Below are positions 30,891-40,370 of a stretch of 64,000 nt of DNA, piece by piece. The stretch spans positions 2 to 64,001 of the forward strand of contig NZ_JAYESN010000016.1 of NCBI RefSeq assembly GCF_034860625.1. Direction: 5' to 3'. Origin of the DNA: Lamprobacter sp. (GTDB lineage: Bacteria; Pseudomonadota; Gammaproteobacteria; Chromatiales; Chromatiaceae). Positions within the stretch are counted from its first letter, which is position 1, and every line of letters begins with the position of its first letter. The notes under the pieces were generated by a model that was not told the origin of the DNA, made no database searches, and saw nothing but the letters and a program-made list of their open reading frames with translations. The translations under genes and the position numbers were made by a program.

Positions 30891-32570
30891 TCAAACCCAG
30901 CGCAGCAGCGCGTTCAGGCGCTTGGAGGCGGCCAATATCGCCTCGCCGGAGCGGCTGTAGAGGTCGGCGATATAGAACTCGCGCGACATCAGTGCATAGA
31001 GGCTGATATAGGCCCCACGCCAGCGTCGGTTCAGGGGTTGGCGCTCGGCGGTGGAACGGAACACCATCAGCCAGCCACCCGCGATGAGCGCGATCAACAG
31101 CAGGAGCACCAACATGAAGGAGGTGACATTGACGGAAGCGGCTGCATACAGGGCCTCACGAAACGCCGGGTCAGGATAGAGCAGCGCATCGAAGGCATGG
31201 CCGACCAGCACATAGGTCAGGATCACCAAACCGAACGAGAGGATGACATAGATCAGTACCGAGAACGGCCGCTCGCCACCAATCTTGTAGACGAAGAACA
31301 GGGTCTGAGCGCCGGTGATCCAGCCGAAGAGCAGCAGAATGAGTGCGCCCTGATGATGCAGGAAGCCTTCATTGACCAGTTGGTGAGCGCCGAAGACGAT
31401 CAATAGCGGCACGGTGATGGTGATGCCGGCGAAGATCACCCAAGAGACCGGAGGATGCGGTACCTTGCGCTCGACCATGAACCGATAGATCTCGCCTTCA
31501 GGGATGTTCGGGTCCTTACGCGCGTTGCCAATGATGGCGCCGGAGCCAAGGAAGAGCGTCGCCTTGAACACACCATGCGCGATTAGATGATAGATCGCCA
31601 GCGAGAAGGCGCCGAGGCCGCATTCCATCACCATGTAGCCCATCTGGCCCATGGTCGAATAGCCCAGCGCCTTCTTGATGTCGCTCTGCATCAACATCAT
31701 CAGTGAGCCCATGATGGTGGTGATCAGCCCAACCGCGAAGGCGAGCAACAGCACCCCTTCGGTGTGCACGAAGATCGGCGCGAAGCGGTTGATCAGGAAG
31801 CCGCCGGAGTTGACGATGCCGGCATGCATGAGTGCCGAGACCGGCGTAGGTCCGTCCATGGTATAGGGCAGCCAGGTATGCAGCGGGAACTGCGCCGATT
31901 TGGCGAAGGCCGCAAGCAGGATCAGGACGCCGAGGGTCTCGGCGAGTGGTAGTCCGAGCAGTGTGGTGGTCTCGGGAGCGGCTGCCATGGCCGCGAACAC
32001 CTCCGGCAGGGCCAGGGTGCCGAAGGCATGGTAGATGAGCGCAACGGCGGCGAGCAGGGGCAGGTCGCCGACCCGATGAGTGAATAGGGTCCAGAAGGCG
32101 TAGCGCGTCGATGCCGGACGACGGGTATCGTGATTGAGCAGGAAATACAGAAAGATACCGACCAGGTGCCAGGCGAGCAGTAATGTCAGCAGATCGCCGG
32201 CCATGACCATCAACAAGATCACCGCGACGATGCCATCGAGCAGTGCGAAGAACCGGGTGTAAGCCGGATCATCCTGCATGTAGCGCACCGAAAACACATG
32301 CACGACCAGGCTCACGCCGCTGACCAAGAGCGCCATCAGCGTGCTCAGCCAGTCGATGTAAAGGCTGAACAGCCCGAGGCCAAGACTGACCAATTGGCCA
32401 GGATCGGCGCTGAGCTGATCGGCGAATAAAAGCAGTGCGAACAGGAGCGTACCCGCACTCGCCCCCACGCTGATACGCGCGACCGACTCACCGAGACGCC
32501 CGGCCCCGAGCTGAACGGCGAGGGCCGAGAGAAGCATCAGTAGGGGGAGGGCGTAAGCCAAGTGGACCAT
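30891..32570 (-). CDS. dabB: DabB, NuoL-like proton-conducting subunit
   Basis: KSAQFPLHTWLP, GPTPVSALMHAG, YSTMGQMG, HLIAHGVFKATLFL; upstream of DUF2309. Confidence 0.88.
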   Translation of the reverse strand: MVHLAYALPLLMLLSALAVQLGAGRLGESVARISVGASAGTLLFALLLFADQLSADPGQLVSLGLGLFSLYIDWLSTLMALLVSGVSLVVHVFSVRYMQDDPAYTRFFALLDGIVAVILLMVMAGDLLTLLLAWHLVGIFLYFLLNHDTRRPASTRYAFWTLFTHRVGDLPLLAAVALIYHAFGTLALPEVFAAMAAAPETTTLLGLPLAETLGVLILLAAFAKSAQFPLHTWLPYTMDGPTPVSALMHAGIVNSGGFLINRFAPIFVHTEGVLLLAFAVGLITTIMGSLMMLMQSDIKKALGYSTMGQMGYMVMECGLGAFSLAIYHLIAHGVFKATLFLGSGAIIGNARKDPNIPEGEIYRFMVERKVPHPPVSWVIFAGITITVPLLIVFGAHQLVNEGFLHHQGALILLLFGWITGAQTLFFVYKIGGERPFSVLIYVILSFGLVILTYVLVGHAFDALLYPDPAFREALYAAASVNVTSFMLVLLLLIALIAGGWLMVFRSTAERQPLNRRWRGAYISLYALMSREFYIADLYSRSGEAILAASKRLNALLRWV

Positions 32571-32833
32571 GGGTTAGCGCAAGCGTCGGTCTGATCAGCA
32601 GTCAGGTGTATTGCGCTAGAAGCCTAGGCGGCGCGCGCAAATCGCCTGGCGAGTTTATCAGGATTGGTCTCGATCAGGCTTTCCCGGATCGATACAGCCG
32701 CCTTTGTCCAAGGCGATGGCGCCTGCTGCTTGCTATCCTTATGCAACAGCAAAGCCTTATGCGACAGCAAAACTGTGCATCCCGTATCGGGAAGCCCCTA
32801 TTTCTCCGTCCGCGCAATCGCGCAGGTTCAGCC

Positions 32834-34753
32834 GTGTACCTCAACTATTTCGGCCTCAGCGAAGCCAGTTTCTCCATCACCCCAGACCCGCAGTATCTGT
32901 ACCTGAGCGAGCAGCACCGCGAGGCCCTGGCGCACCTGCTCTATGGGGCTGGCGAGAATGGTGGCTTCGTCTTGCTGACCGGCGAGGTCGGCACGGGCAA
33001 AACAACGATCTGTCGTGCCTTTCTAGAGCAGACGCCGGAGCAGGTCGATGTCGCGCTGGTGTTGAATCCAGCGATGACCGCGATCGAGTTGATGCATGCG
33101 ATCTGCCAAGAGTTCGGCGTTGCAACACCCGACCATCAGGACTCGGTCAAGGTGCTGGTGGATCGGCTGAACAGCTTCCTGCTCGATGCCCATGCGCGTG
33201 GTCGTCATCCGGTGGTGGTCATTGATGAGGCGCAGAACCTGCGACCCAGGGTGCTCGAACAGGTACGGCTGCTGACCAACCTCGAGACCTCGAAACAGAA
33301 GCTGCTGCAGATCTTTCTCATCGGTCAGCCGGAGCTGCGCGAGATGCTGGCCTCGCGCGAGCTGCGACAGCTCAACCAGCGCATCACAGCGCGTTTCCAC
33401 CTGAGCTCGTTGTCAGCGCGCGAAACGGCCGCTTATGTCGATCACCGGATTGCCGTGGCTGGTGTGCAGAGGCCGCTGTTTAGCGCCGCGGCCCTGCGCG
33501 AGGTCCACCGGCGCTCGCGTGGCGTGCCGCGCTTGATCAACCTGATCTGCGATCGCTCGCTGCTCGGTGCTGCCGTGAGTCGGCGCATGCAGGTCACGCC
33601 GGCCATTGTGCGCCGGGCCGCGCGTGAGCTGCTGGCTGGCGAACAGCCTCAGCAATGGCCACAGCGCCAGTCGCCATGGGCGATGGCTGCAGCTCTGGTC
33701 TTGGCCCTCGGGCTCGGTGGCTGGCTAGGCGCCTCTGGCCTCTTTGAGCGCGCACAACAGCAGCTGGATCGAGCGGCCCAGGTCTGGGCCGAATTGAGCG
33801 CTGAGGAGGGCGCCGCGGTGCACTTGGCGGATGCCGATGCAAGCCAAGCAACCGATACCAGCGTCGCTGGCGGCAAGACTGAGCAGGCGCAGGACCAAGA
33901 TGCGCCGCCCCCTGCTGATTCAGAGATCGGCGGTGAACAGATCGCCGGGGCAACCTCTGCGCTAGGAGCCGGGTCCGAAGCAATGTCAGATGAGCATTCC
34001 GGCGTCGAGTCTGGGGAAAATCTGGCCGCAAAGGCGGCAGAATCTCTCACCACTGTTGAGGATGCTCATACGACGCTGCCCGCAACCCATGATGGCATTC
34101 CACGCATCTCACTCGCGCGGATCAGGCCGCAGGTGCCAGAAGCCGACCTGAGCGAGCTTCCCGAGCTCTTGCTCGAGGAGGGCGAGTCGGTCTCGGCGCT
34201 GGTGCGGCGCTGGGGCTATGAGCCAGAGGTCGCTGCCGACTGTCAGGAGGTCACAACCCTAGGGCTCGACTGTGAGCGCTCTCGCGAACGCTGGAGCGAC
34301 TTGCGCCTATTCGATCGGCCGGCCGTGCTGCAGCTCAGAGTCGATGGTCAGGAGCGGTATGCGCTGATCACCGGCATCGATGACGAATATGCCGTGCTCC
34401 AACGCGATGAGACACTGCGTCGCGTACCGATCGCCAGCCTCGATGAGCGCTGGTCGGGGGATGTGCTGATGCTCTGGCGGCTGCCGCCCAACGCCGTGCG
34501 GATGATCGGCCCCGGCACGAGCGGCGATGCCGTGCGCTGGCTCAGGGAGCAGTTGGCTGCGCTGCCCGACGCCTCGCTGAGCGATACGACCAGCAGGCAC
34601 TATGACGCCAACTTGAGGACAGTGGTGCGGGAGTTTCAGGCTGCGCGCGGACTTGCGGTCGATGGCATCGCTGGGCCGCGCACCCTGATCCTGTTAAACA
34701 ATGCGCTTGCAGACAACGAGATTCCGCGTTTGAGCCGGTCACGGAATCCCTAA
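32834..34753 (+). CDS. exeA: ExeA/GspA AAA ATPase with peptidoglycan-binding domain
   Basis: FSITPDP, GEVGTGKT, IDEAQNL, one TM helix, DGIAGPRT; GTG start chosen. Confidence 0.9.
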   Translation: MYLNYFGLSEASFSITPDPQYLYLSEQHREALAHLLYGAGENGGFVLLTGEVGTGKTTICRAFLEQTPEQVDVALVLNPAMTAIELMHAICQEFGVATPDHQDSVKVLVDRLNSFLLDAHARGRHPVVVIDEAQNLRPRVLEQVRLLTNLETSKQKLLQIFLIGQPELREMLASRELRQLNQRITARFHLSSLSARETAAYVDHRIAVAGVQRPLFSAAALREVHRRSRGVPRLINLICDRSLLGAAVSRRMQVTPAIVRRAARELLAGEQPQQWPQRQSPWAMAAALVLALGLGGWLGASGLFERAQQQLDRAAQVWAELSAEEGAAVHLADADASQATDTSVAGGKTEQAQDQDAPPPADSEIGGEQIAGATSALGAGSEAMSDEHSGVESGENLAAKAAESLTTVEDAHTTLPATHDGIPRISLARIRPQVPEADLSELPELLLEEGESVSALVRRWGYEPEVAADCQEVTTLGLDCERSRERWSDLRLFDRPAVLQLRVDGQERYALITGIDDEYAVLQRDETLRRVPIASLDERWSGDVLMLWRLPPNAVRMIGPGTSGDAVRWLREQLAALPDASLSDTTSRHYDANLRTVVREFQAARGLAVDGIAGPRTLILLNNALADNEIPRLSRSRNP

Positions 34754-34890
34754 AGATGCGCTTTCCGCCTGATCGCAGGACGCCACAAGCCGGAAAGCCC
34801 AGCACTGATGTGCTTGTCCTAAGTGGTCTGGTCGTCAGTGCGAATATCTCTAGCAGCGATTGACTGATTGGCTGATAGCCTCAACCCCCT

Positions 34891-35949
34891 ATGTCTTACA
34901 TCCTGGAAGCTCTGAAGAAATCGCAGCAGGCGCGCGAGATGGGTCAGGTGCCACGCCTGCAGGCGACGGCCTTTGATGATCCACCTGAGTTCGCTCGCTC
35001 CCAGCCCTGGGTCTTGGCCGCCGTCGGGCTGGCAGCGCTTGCGGCGGTGCTTGCGCTCTATGCTGCGCTGCGACCAACGGGCGCTCCTGATGCATCAATG
35101 GCGGACAGTGGCCCGTCTGAGCGAGTTGTCAGCGCCGACATTGGCGCCAGCAACAGCGCCGATGTCGGCGCGGTCAAGGATGCGGAACTTAGACCGGCTT
35201 CCGGTACAGCAGGCGATTCTGAATCGGAATCTCCAGATGGCCTTGACGGGCTTGCCGTCGCCTCTCAGCAGGGCGCTCGCGCGATCGGCCTAGAGCCTGA
35301 TGAAGCGAGAACGGCAAACGCCTCATCAGGAGCAGCATTAGGTCTGAGTGACCCGGATGATCTCAGTGTCGAGCCGCAGGTGCTCATCGTGCCAGCACCA
35401 CCGAAGCCGGGTGAGCGCCTCCCGCGCGGTGCCGATGAGCTGAGACGTGCGCTGCTCGGCCCCGATGTCTCGCCCTCGATCGAGCGCCGGCAGTCAAGCT
35501 CGGAGCGAACTGCCCCGCCGGCGCAGGATTCAACGCCAGTGCCACCGGAGCTGATTGCCGAGATCGAGGCGTTCAAGCGGACATTTCAAACCGAGGCTGG
35601 CACTGCATCCAGCACGAACTTCCAAGCGCCGGCGCGGGACAAGCCGGCCGTTTCAGAATCGAGCCCAGAATCGAGCCAAGTCAGCACCGACAGCAACGCT
35701 CAGCCGCATCGCCAAGGGAGAGCGGCTGACCGGCCGCCACCCTTATCATCGCGCTTGCGACAGCAGCTACCGCCGTTTCTGATGACGGTCCATGTCTACG
35801 ACAAAGATCCCGCCCGGCGCTTCGTCTATCTGAATGGCTCGAAGGTCCGCGAAGGCGGGTTGACGCGCGATGGCTTCTTCGTCGAGCAGGTCCTCGCCGA
35901 TGGCGCGATTGTGCGTTACGAGGAGCATCGCTTCTTCCAGTCGCCTTAA
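34891..35949 (+). CDS. exeB: ExeB/GspB
   Basis: MSYILEALKKS, one TM helix, C-terminal HVY...RFVYLNG...EG. Confidence 0.88.
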   Translation: MSYILEALKKSQQAREMGQVPRLQATAFDDPPEFARSQPWVLAAVGLAALAAVLALYAALRPTGAPDASMADSGPSERVVSADIGASNSADVGAVKDAELRPASGTAGDSESESPDGLDGLAVASQQGARAIGLEPDEARTANASSGAALGLSDPDDLSVEPQVLIVPAPPKPGERLPRGADELRRALLGPDVSPSIERRQSSSERTAPPAQDSTPVPPELIAEIEAFKRTFQTEAGTASSTNFQAPARDKPAVSESSPESSQVSTDSNAQPHRQGRAADRPPPLSSRLRQQLPPFLMTVHVYDKDPARRFVYLNGSKVREGGLTRDGFFVEQVLADGAIVRYEEHRFFQSP

Positions 35950-35962
35950 CAGGCAACCGATG

Positions 35963-36131
35963 ATCCTATAAACCGCAGATGACGCAGATTTTCACAGATT
36001 AAAATAATATAAAACAAGATCTTAGCAGGTTTAGCAAGGCCACCCATCAGGTGAAGCGATGAACGGCTGCAATGCATTGAAATCTCTGCGTTAACCTGCG
36101 CCATCTGCGGTTGAAATGCGCTTTTTAGGAT
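35963..36131. mobile_element. MITE-like non-coding palindromic element
   Basis: Ends ATCCTA/TAGGAT flanked on both sides by GATG (35959-62 and 36132-35); internal inverted repeat AACCGCAGATGACGCAG/CTGCGCCATCTGCGGTT; AT-rich core. Confidence 0.65.
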
Positions 36132-36173
36132 GATGCCTGATGCCCGAGCTGGTTTTCGGCCCCCCGAGCCAGC

Positions 36174-39113
36174 CTAAGCAAAGGCGATGAGGCGGACAGC
36201 ATCCAAGCGCAGTCGACTATTGGCGAGCGCCTCAGCCAGCGCATCTCGCTCCGCTGCCAGGGCCTCGATCTCCTCGGCGCGTACCGCCGGGTTTCGACGC
36301 GCCAGTGCCCGCAAGCGCGCGAGCTCGGCGTCAAGCTGCTCACGCATCAGCTGACTTGCCTGCTCCCTTAAGGCGCGGCTCTCGCGGCTGGCCTGCTGCT
36401 CAACTAGGGCCACCATCGCCTCGATGACCTTGCTCTTGGCCTTTAACAGCGCGCGTGCCAGCGGTCGGCGTGGACGCAGACACTTGCCGCCAAGGGTATT
36501 CGGGTCGATCTCAGCGCTACGCTCTTGGCCCTGTTCGTCGATCAGCATGCGCCGCGCCGTCGGTGGCAGGAAGCGCTGCGCATTCAGAATCGGCGGTGCT
36601 GGGCATTCGGCCACATAAACCGCCTCCAACAGCAAGGCGCTGGAGGCAAAACCGGGGGCTTGGGTCAGAACCAATGCGCTCGTGCCCATGTGCGAGCCTG
36701 TGATCAGCTCCAGTGCGGCACGCGCCATGGGATGCTCGCGGGTCAGGAAGCCTCGGTCTTCATGCGCGAGACCATGCTGGCGGCTGAAGGTTGCCGTCAT
36801 TCCCTCATCCGGGAGCTCGGGGAAGCGCTCTTGCAGCATGTGATTGCCGGGACGAACCACGATACTGCCACCCGGACCAATCTCACGCTCGACACCAAAG
36901 GCATCCCAGAGCCCGGTCAAGAAGGTCTCGAGCGTCGGATCTTGATCTTCCGCCTCGAGCGCCTCGACCAGTGCCGCGCCGCGCGCGGGTCGATGCGAGC
37001 TGAGCTCGAGCAGCCGATCCCGACCAGCGGCGAGCTCGGCGTCGAGCCGCGCGCGCAGGGTCTTGGCCTCGGTGATGAGGCTGTCGATCTCGGCAGGCGC
37101 TGGCGCTGGGTCTGCGAGCAAGGCCTCCAGTGTCTCACGCTGCTCCCAGAAAACTGCTGGGGCTGCGGGTTGATGGGCAGAGAAGGCATCGAGACCCTCA
37201 TGATACCAACGGAAGAGGATCTCATCCGCGGTATCGGCTCGGTAGGGGACATGGATGCGGATGGTCTCGGTCTGGCCAATTCGGTCGAGACGCCCGATCC
37301 GTTGCTCCAGCAGTTCCGGGTCGGCGGGCAGGTCGAACAGCACCAGATGATGGGCGAACTGGAAGTTGCGCCCCTCGCTGCCGATCTCGGAGCAGAGCAG
37401 GATCTGGGTGCCTTCCTCGGGGTCGGCAAAGAAGGCGGCGGCGCGGTCGCGCTCGACAATCGGCATGCCTTCATGGAAGACCGCAGCCTGGATGCCGGCG
37501 CGCTCGAGCAGGGCTCGGCGCAGATCGAGCAGGGTCTCGGCGGTGGCCGTGATCAGCAACAGCTTAGCGGGCGCGAGGGCTCGCAACTGTGCGATCAACC
37601 AATTGAGCCGGGGGTCGCTGTTGAGCCAGTCCGAGTTTTCGATCGCCGCCAAGAGCGCATTGATGGGGTCGAGCGCATCCATGGCATCGATCGCATCCAG
37701 CGTGCCGGCTGTGGTGGCAGCGCGCTGGTCGGCCTCCTCCTGGGGGTCGTCTGCTCTGTGCCGATCGCCCTGATCGCCCTGATCGCTTGAAACATCCTGT
37801 GTCAGTCGTGCAGGATGCAGCTCGCGTTGCGGAAAGCCGCTGATCGCCGCGCGAGTATTGCGGAACAGCACCCGGCCGGTGCCGTGGCGGTCGAGTAACT
37901 GATCGATGATGGCCTGGCGATCCTCTTTGGTCTCGGAATCTGTGGTTGACGCCATCTCGGCGTCATCGAGCAATGTATCGAGCTGCGCCTGCTCCTCTTC
38001 GGTCAGCGGCGTTTCCTCGAGCAGACGGCTGACTAGCGCAGCTACCGGGGCGTAGCCCTGCTCCTCGTCCAAGAAACGCTGGTAGTCACCGAACCGCTCC
38101 GGGTCGAGCAGCCGCAAGCGGCCGAAATGACCAGCGCGACCGAGCTGTTCAGGAGTCGCGGTCAGCAGCAGCACGGCTGGCGTGATAGCCGCCAATGCGG
38201 CAACCAGGTCATAGGCAGGGCTGCTGGCCTCGGGTGACCACTCCAAGTGATGTGCCTCGTCACAGATCAGCAGATCCCAGCTGGCATGAAGCGCGGCATC
38301 GGCCAGGCTCAGATCCCCGGTCAGCAGGTCCAGGCTGCAGAGGATCTGCTGCTCGGACTCGAATGGATTCGGCGCATCAGCACCTCCCGCCAGGGCATTG
38401 GCGCGGGCGTGATCGAACAACGCAAAGCGCAGATTGAAGCGTCGCAACAGCTCAACCAGCCATTGGTGCAACAGCGGCTCAGGCACCAGGATCAAGACCC
38501 GGCGCACGCGCCCGGCCAGCAGCAGTCGATGCAGGATTAGACCAGCCTCGATGGTCTTGCCAAGACCGACCTCGTCAGCCAGCAACACACGCGGATGATG
38601 GCGGTCCGCTACCTCAGCGGCGATATGCAGCTGGTGCGGAATCGGGCTGATGCGCGCACCGAGCAGCCCGCGCGCGGGAGCGGTTGCCAGCTGCGCGGTC
38701 TGATCCAGGGCCTGCATGCGGAGCCGAAACCAGTGATCACTGTCGAGACGCCCAGCCCGCAGGCGCTGCTGTGGGCGGCTGAGGCGCAGCCTGGGGTCGA
38801 TACGGGTCTCGGGCAGCGGCTGTTCGTTGCCCGCTGTGTCGCGCACCAGATAGGTGATGAATCCATTGTGCTCGAGCAGGTCGACCACGGTCAGGTCTTG
38901 ACCTTCGAGGTCACGCAACAGCTCGCCGGCGGCAAGCCGAGCCCGCCACAGGGGCGTATTGTCGGCTGCATAGGTGCGGCGCTCACCGGTTGCTGGAAAC
39001 AGCAGGGTGACGCGCCGATGCTCAACGGCTTCGACCATGCCGAGCCCGAGCTCGGGCTGAGTTTCAGAGAGCCAACGTTGGCCAACGGCAAAGGCGGGGG
39101 CGGGCTCAGGCAT
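36174..39113 (-). CDS. rapA: RNA polymerase-associated protein RapA
   Basis: GQRWLSETQPELGLG, LADEVGLGKT, DEAHH, SEIGSEGRNFQ, QRIGRLDRIGQ. Confidence 0.96.
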   Translation of the reverse strand: MPEPAPAFAVGQRWLSETQPELGLGMVEAVEHRRVTLLFPATGERRTYAADNTPLWRARLAAGELLRDLEGQDLTVVDLLEHNGFITYLVRDTAGNEQPLPETRIDPRLRLSRPQQRLRAGRLDSDHWFRLRMQALDQTAQLATAPARGLLGARISPIPHQLHIAAEVADRHHPRVLLADEVGLGKTIEAGLILHRLLLAGRVRRVLILVPEPLLHQWLVELLRRFNLRFALFDHARANALAGGADAPNPFESEQQILCSLDLLTGDLSLADAALHASWDLLICDEAHHLEWSPEASSPAYDLVAALAAITPAVLLLTATPEQLGRAGHFGRLRLLDPERFGDYQRFLDEEQGYAPVAALVSRLLEETPLTEEEQAQLDTLLDDAEMASTTDSETKEDRQAIIDQLLDRHGTGRVLFRNTRAAISGFPQRELHPARLTQDVSSDQGDQGDRHRADDPQEEADQRAATTAGTLDAIDAMDALDPINALLAAIENSDWLNSDPRLNWLIAQLRALAPAKLLLITATAETLLDLRRALLERAGIQAAVFHEGMPIVERDRAAAFFADPEEGTQILLCSEIGSEGRNFQFAHHLVLFDLPADPELLEQRIGRLDRIGQTETIRIHVPYRADTADEILFRWYHEGLDAFSAHQPAAPAVFWEQRETLEALLADPAPAPAEIDSLITEAKTLRARLDAELAAGRDRLLELSSHRPARGAALVEALEAEDQDPTLETFLTGLWDAFGVEREIGPGGSIVVRPGNHMLQERFPELPDEGMTATFSRQHGLAHEDRGFLTREHPMARAALELITGSHMGTSALVLTQAPGFASSALLLEAVYVAECPAPPILNAQRFLPPTARRMLIDEQGQERSAEIDPNTLGGKCLRPRRPLARALLKAKSKVIEAMVALVEQQASRESRALREQASQLMREQLDAELARLRALARRNPAVRAEEIEALAAERDALAEALANSRLRLDAVRLIAFA

Positions 39114-39351
39114 AGGGCAGCTCGGGCGACTGAAGGGCGCAGATCAAAAGGACGGAGGTGAAATCCAACATAACAGGCGAATTATCCGGACTTTTGCCTT
39201 TGCTCGCTCGACTGCGTGATCTGAACATCAAGCAGGCGGCGATGTAGCCTGGCCGCAAAGCAGCGATCAGCAACCGCCTCAGGGTTTTTCCCGCTGCGCA
39301 CAAGCGCCAGTGGGGTCCAGCGATTTGCGATGCGCGCGTGCCAGCGCGGCG

Positions 39352-40062
39352 CTATCTTGGCCGCACGCTGGTGACCAGCACGCGCTCGGCATCGATGCGC
39401 CATTGAATCTCCAGGTCGTAGAGCTGCAGCGCGAACTCGCGCCGTTCAGGATAGCGATCCATGTAGCCGGGACGGGGATCTTGGGCGATCACCTGCTCGA
39501 TCAGATCGCGCAGCCGCAGACGGTTATCGACGTCCTGCTCGTTCATCTGGCGGTGGGCTTGTTCGCTGAAGTCGACCCGGAAACGGGCTTCCGGACGGGT
39601 ATTGGCGAAACCTCCCACGGCGTCAGTAATCGCATCGGCATAGGGCACATAGGGCTTGATATCCAGAATCGGCGTGCCGTCGAGCAAATCGGCGCCAGCA
39701 ACTCGGAGCATCAGTCGTTTGCCTTGACGCTCGAGTCCGTGCTGGGCAACCGCCGAGATCCCGATCGGATTCGGTCGATAGGGCGAGCGGCTGGCGAAGA
39801 CCCCGACCTTGTCGCGTCCGCCTAGTCGCGGTGGCCGAACCTGCGCGCGCCAACCGGCCTGGAGGCAGTCCTGGTGGAAGACAAAGACTAGCCAGACATG
39901 GGAGAAGCCTTCAAGCCCGGCGAAGGCCTCTTCGCGGTCATAGGGCGGCAGGAGCTCGATTCGCGCCTCGGCGGCGGTGACCAGCCGCGGCTGCCTCGGA
40001 ATGCCGAATTTGTCGGTATAGGGTGAACGGCAGAGGCCGATCGGCTCGAACTCAAAACGCAT
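39352..40062 (-). CDS. tsaA: tRNA m6t6A37 methyltransferase TrmO
   Basis: KFGIPRQP, RPPRLGG, GVFASRSPYRPNPIG, DGTPILDIKPY. Confidence 0.95.
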   Translation of the reverse strand: MRFEFEPIGLCRSPYTDKFGIPRQPRLVTAAEARIELLPPYDREEAFAGLEGFSHVWLVFVFHQDCLQAGWRAQVRPPRLGGRDKVGVFASRSPYRPNPIGISAVAQHGLERQGKRLMLRVAGADLLDGTPILDIKPYVPYADAITDAVGGFANTRPEARFRVDFSEQAHRQMNEQDVDNRLRLRDLIEQVIAQDPRPGYMDRYPERREFALQLYDLEIQWRIDAERVLVTSVRPR

Positions 40063-40066
40063 CTGG

Positions 40067-40232
40067 TGGTTGCCCTCTTAGTAGCCTTTGTAGTGGCCTT
40101 TTAGCTGCCTTTATATTGTCATTCGCCCTGACTTGCAGACCATAGGCTCTATGCCCTGCGGTTCTTTGCTGTCCGGTGATCAGGTCAGATGGCTATAGCT
40201 GCCTGTTTAGCTGCCGTTCGTCGTTGCCTTCT
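40067..40232. repeat. Degenerate ~12-bp repeats (TAGCTGCCTNT-like) in two clusters
   Basis: About 4 units at 40067-40113 and about 3 units at 40196-40232. Confidence 0.5.
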
Positions 40233-40370
40233 CAGAAGGCGAGTGTCCGGTAAAGCCTAGCGCAAGGCAGGGGGCTGAGATGAGTTGTCGCTGATCCAGG
40301 CCCTATAGGGTCTGGCTCGCGTATCATCTACGGGCTGATTCTCGCGATCCCTGATTTGGAGTCCGTTCTG

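Noticed and set aside
30891-32570. Respiratory complex I nuoL
   Set aside because: No other nuo genes nearby; adjacency to DUF2309 identifies it as DabB.
32606-32833. N-terminal extensions of exeA (and of amrB, rnfA, nifL and the AAA gene) in the ORF track
   Set aside because: Family similarity and RBS placement begin at downstream starts; the extensions overlap promoter DNA.
40067-40232. CRISPR-like array
   Set aside because: Units are ~12 bp, degenerate and lack unique spacers; no cas genes are present.
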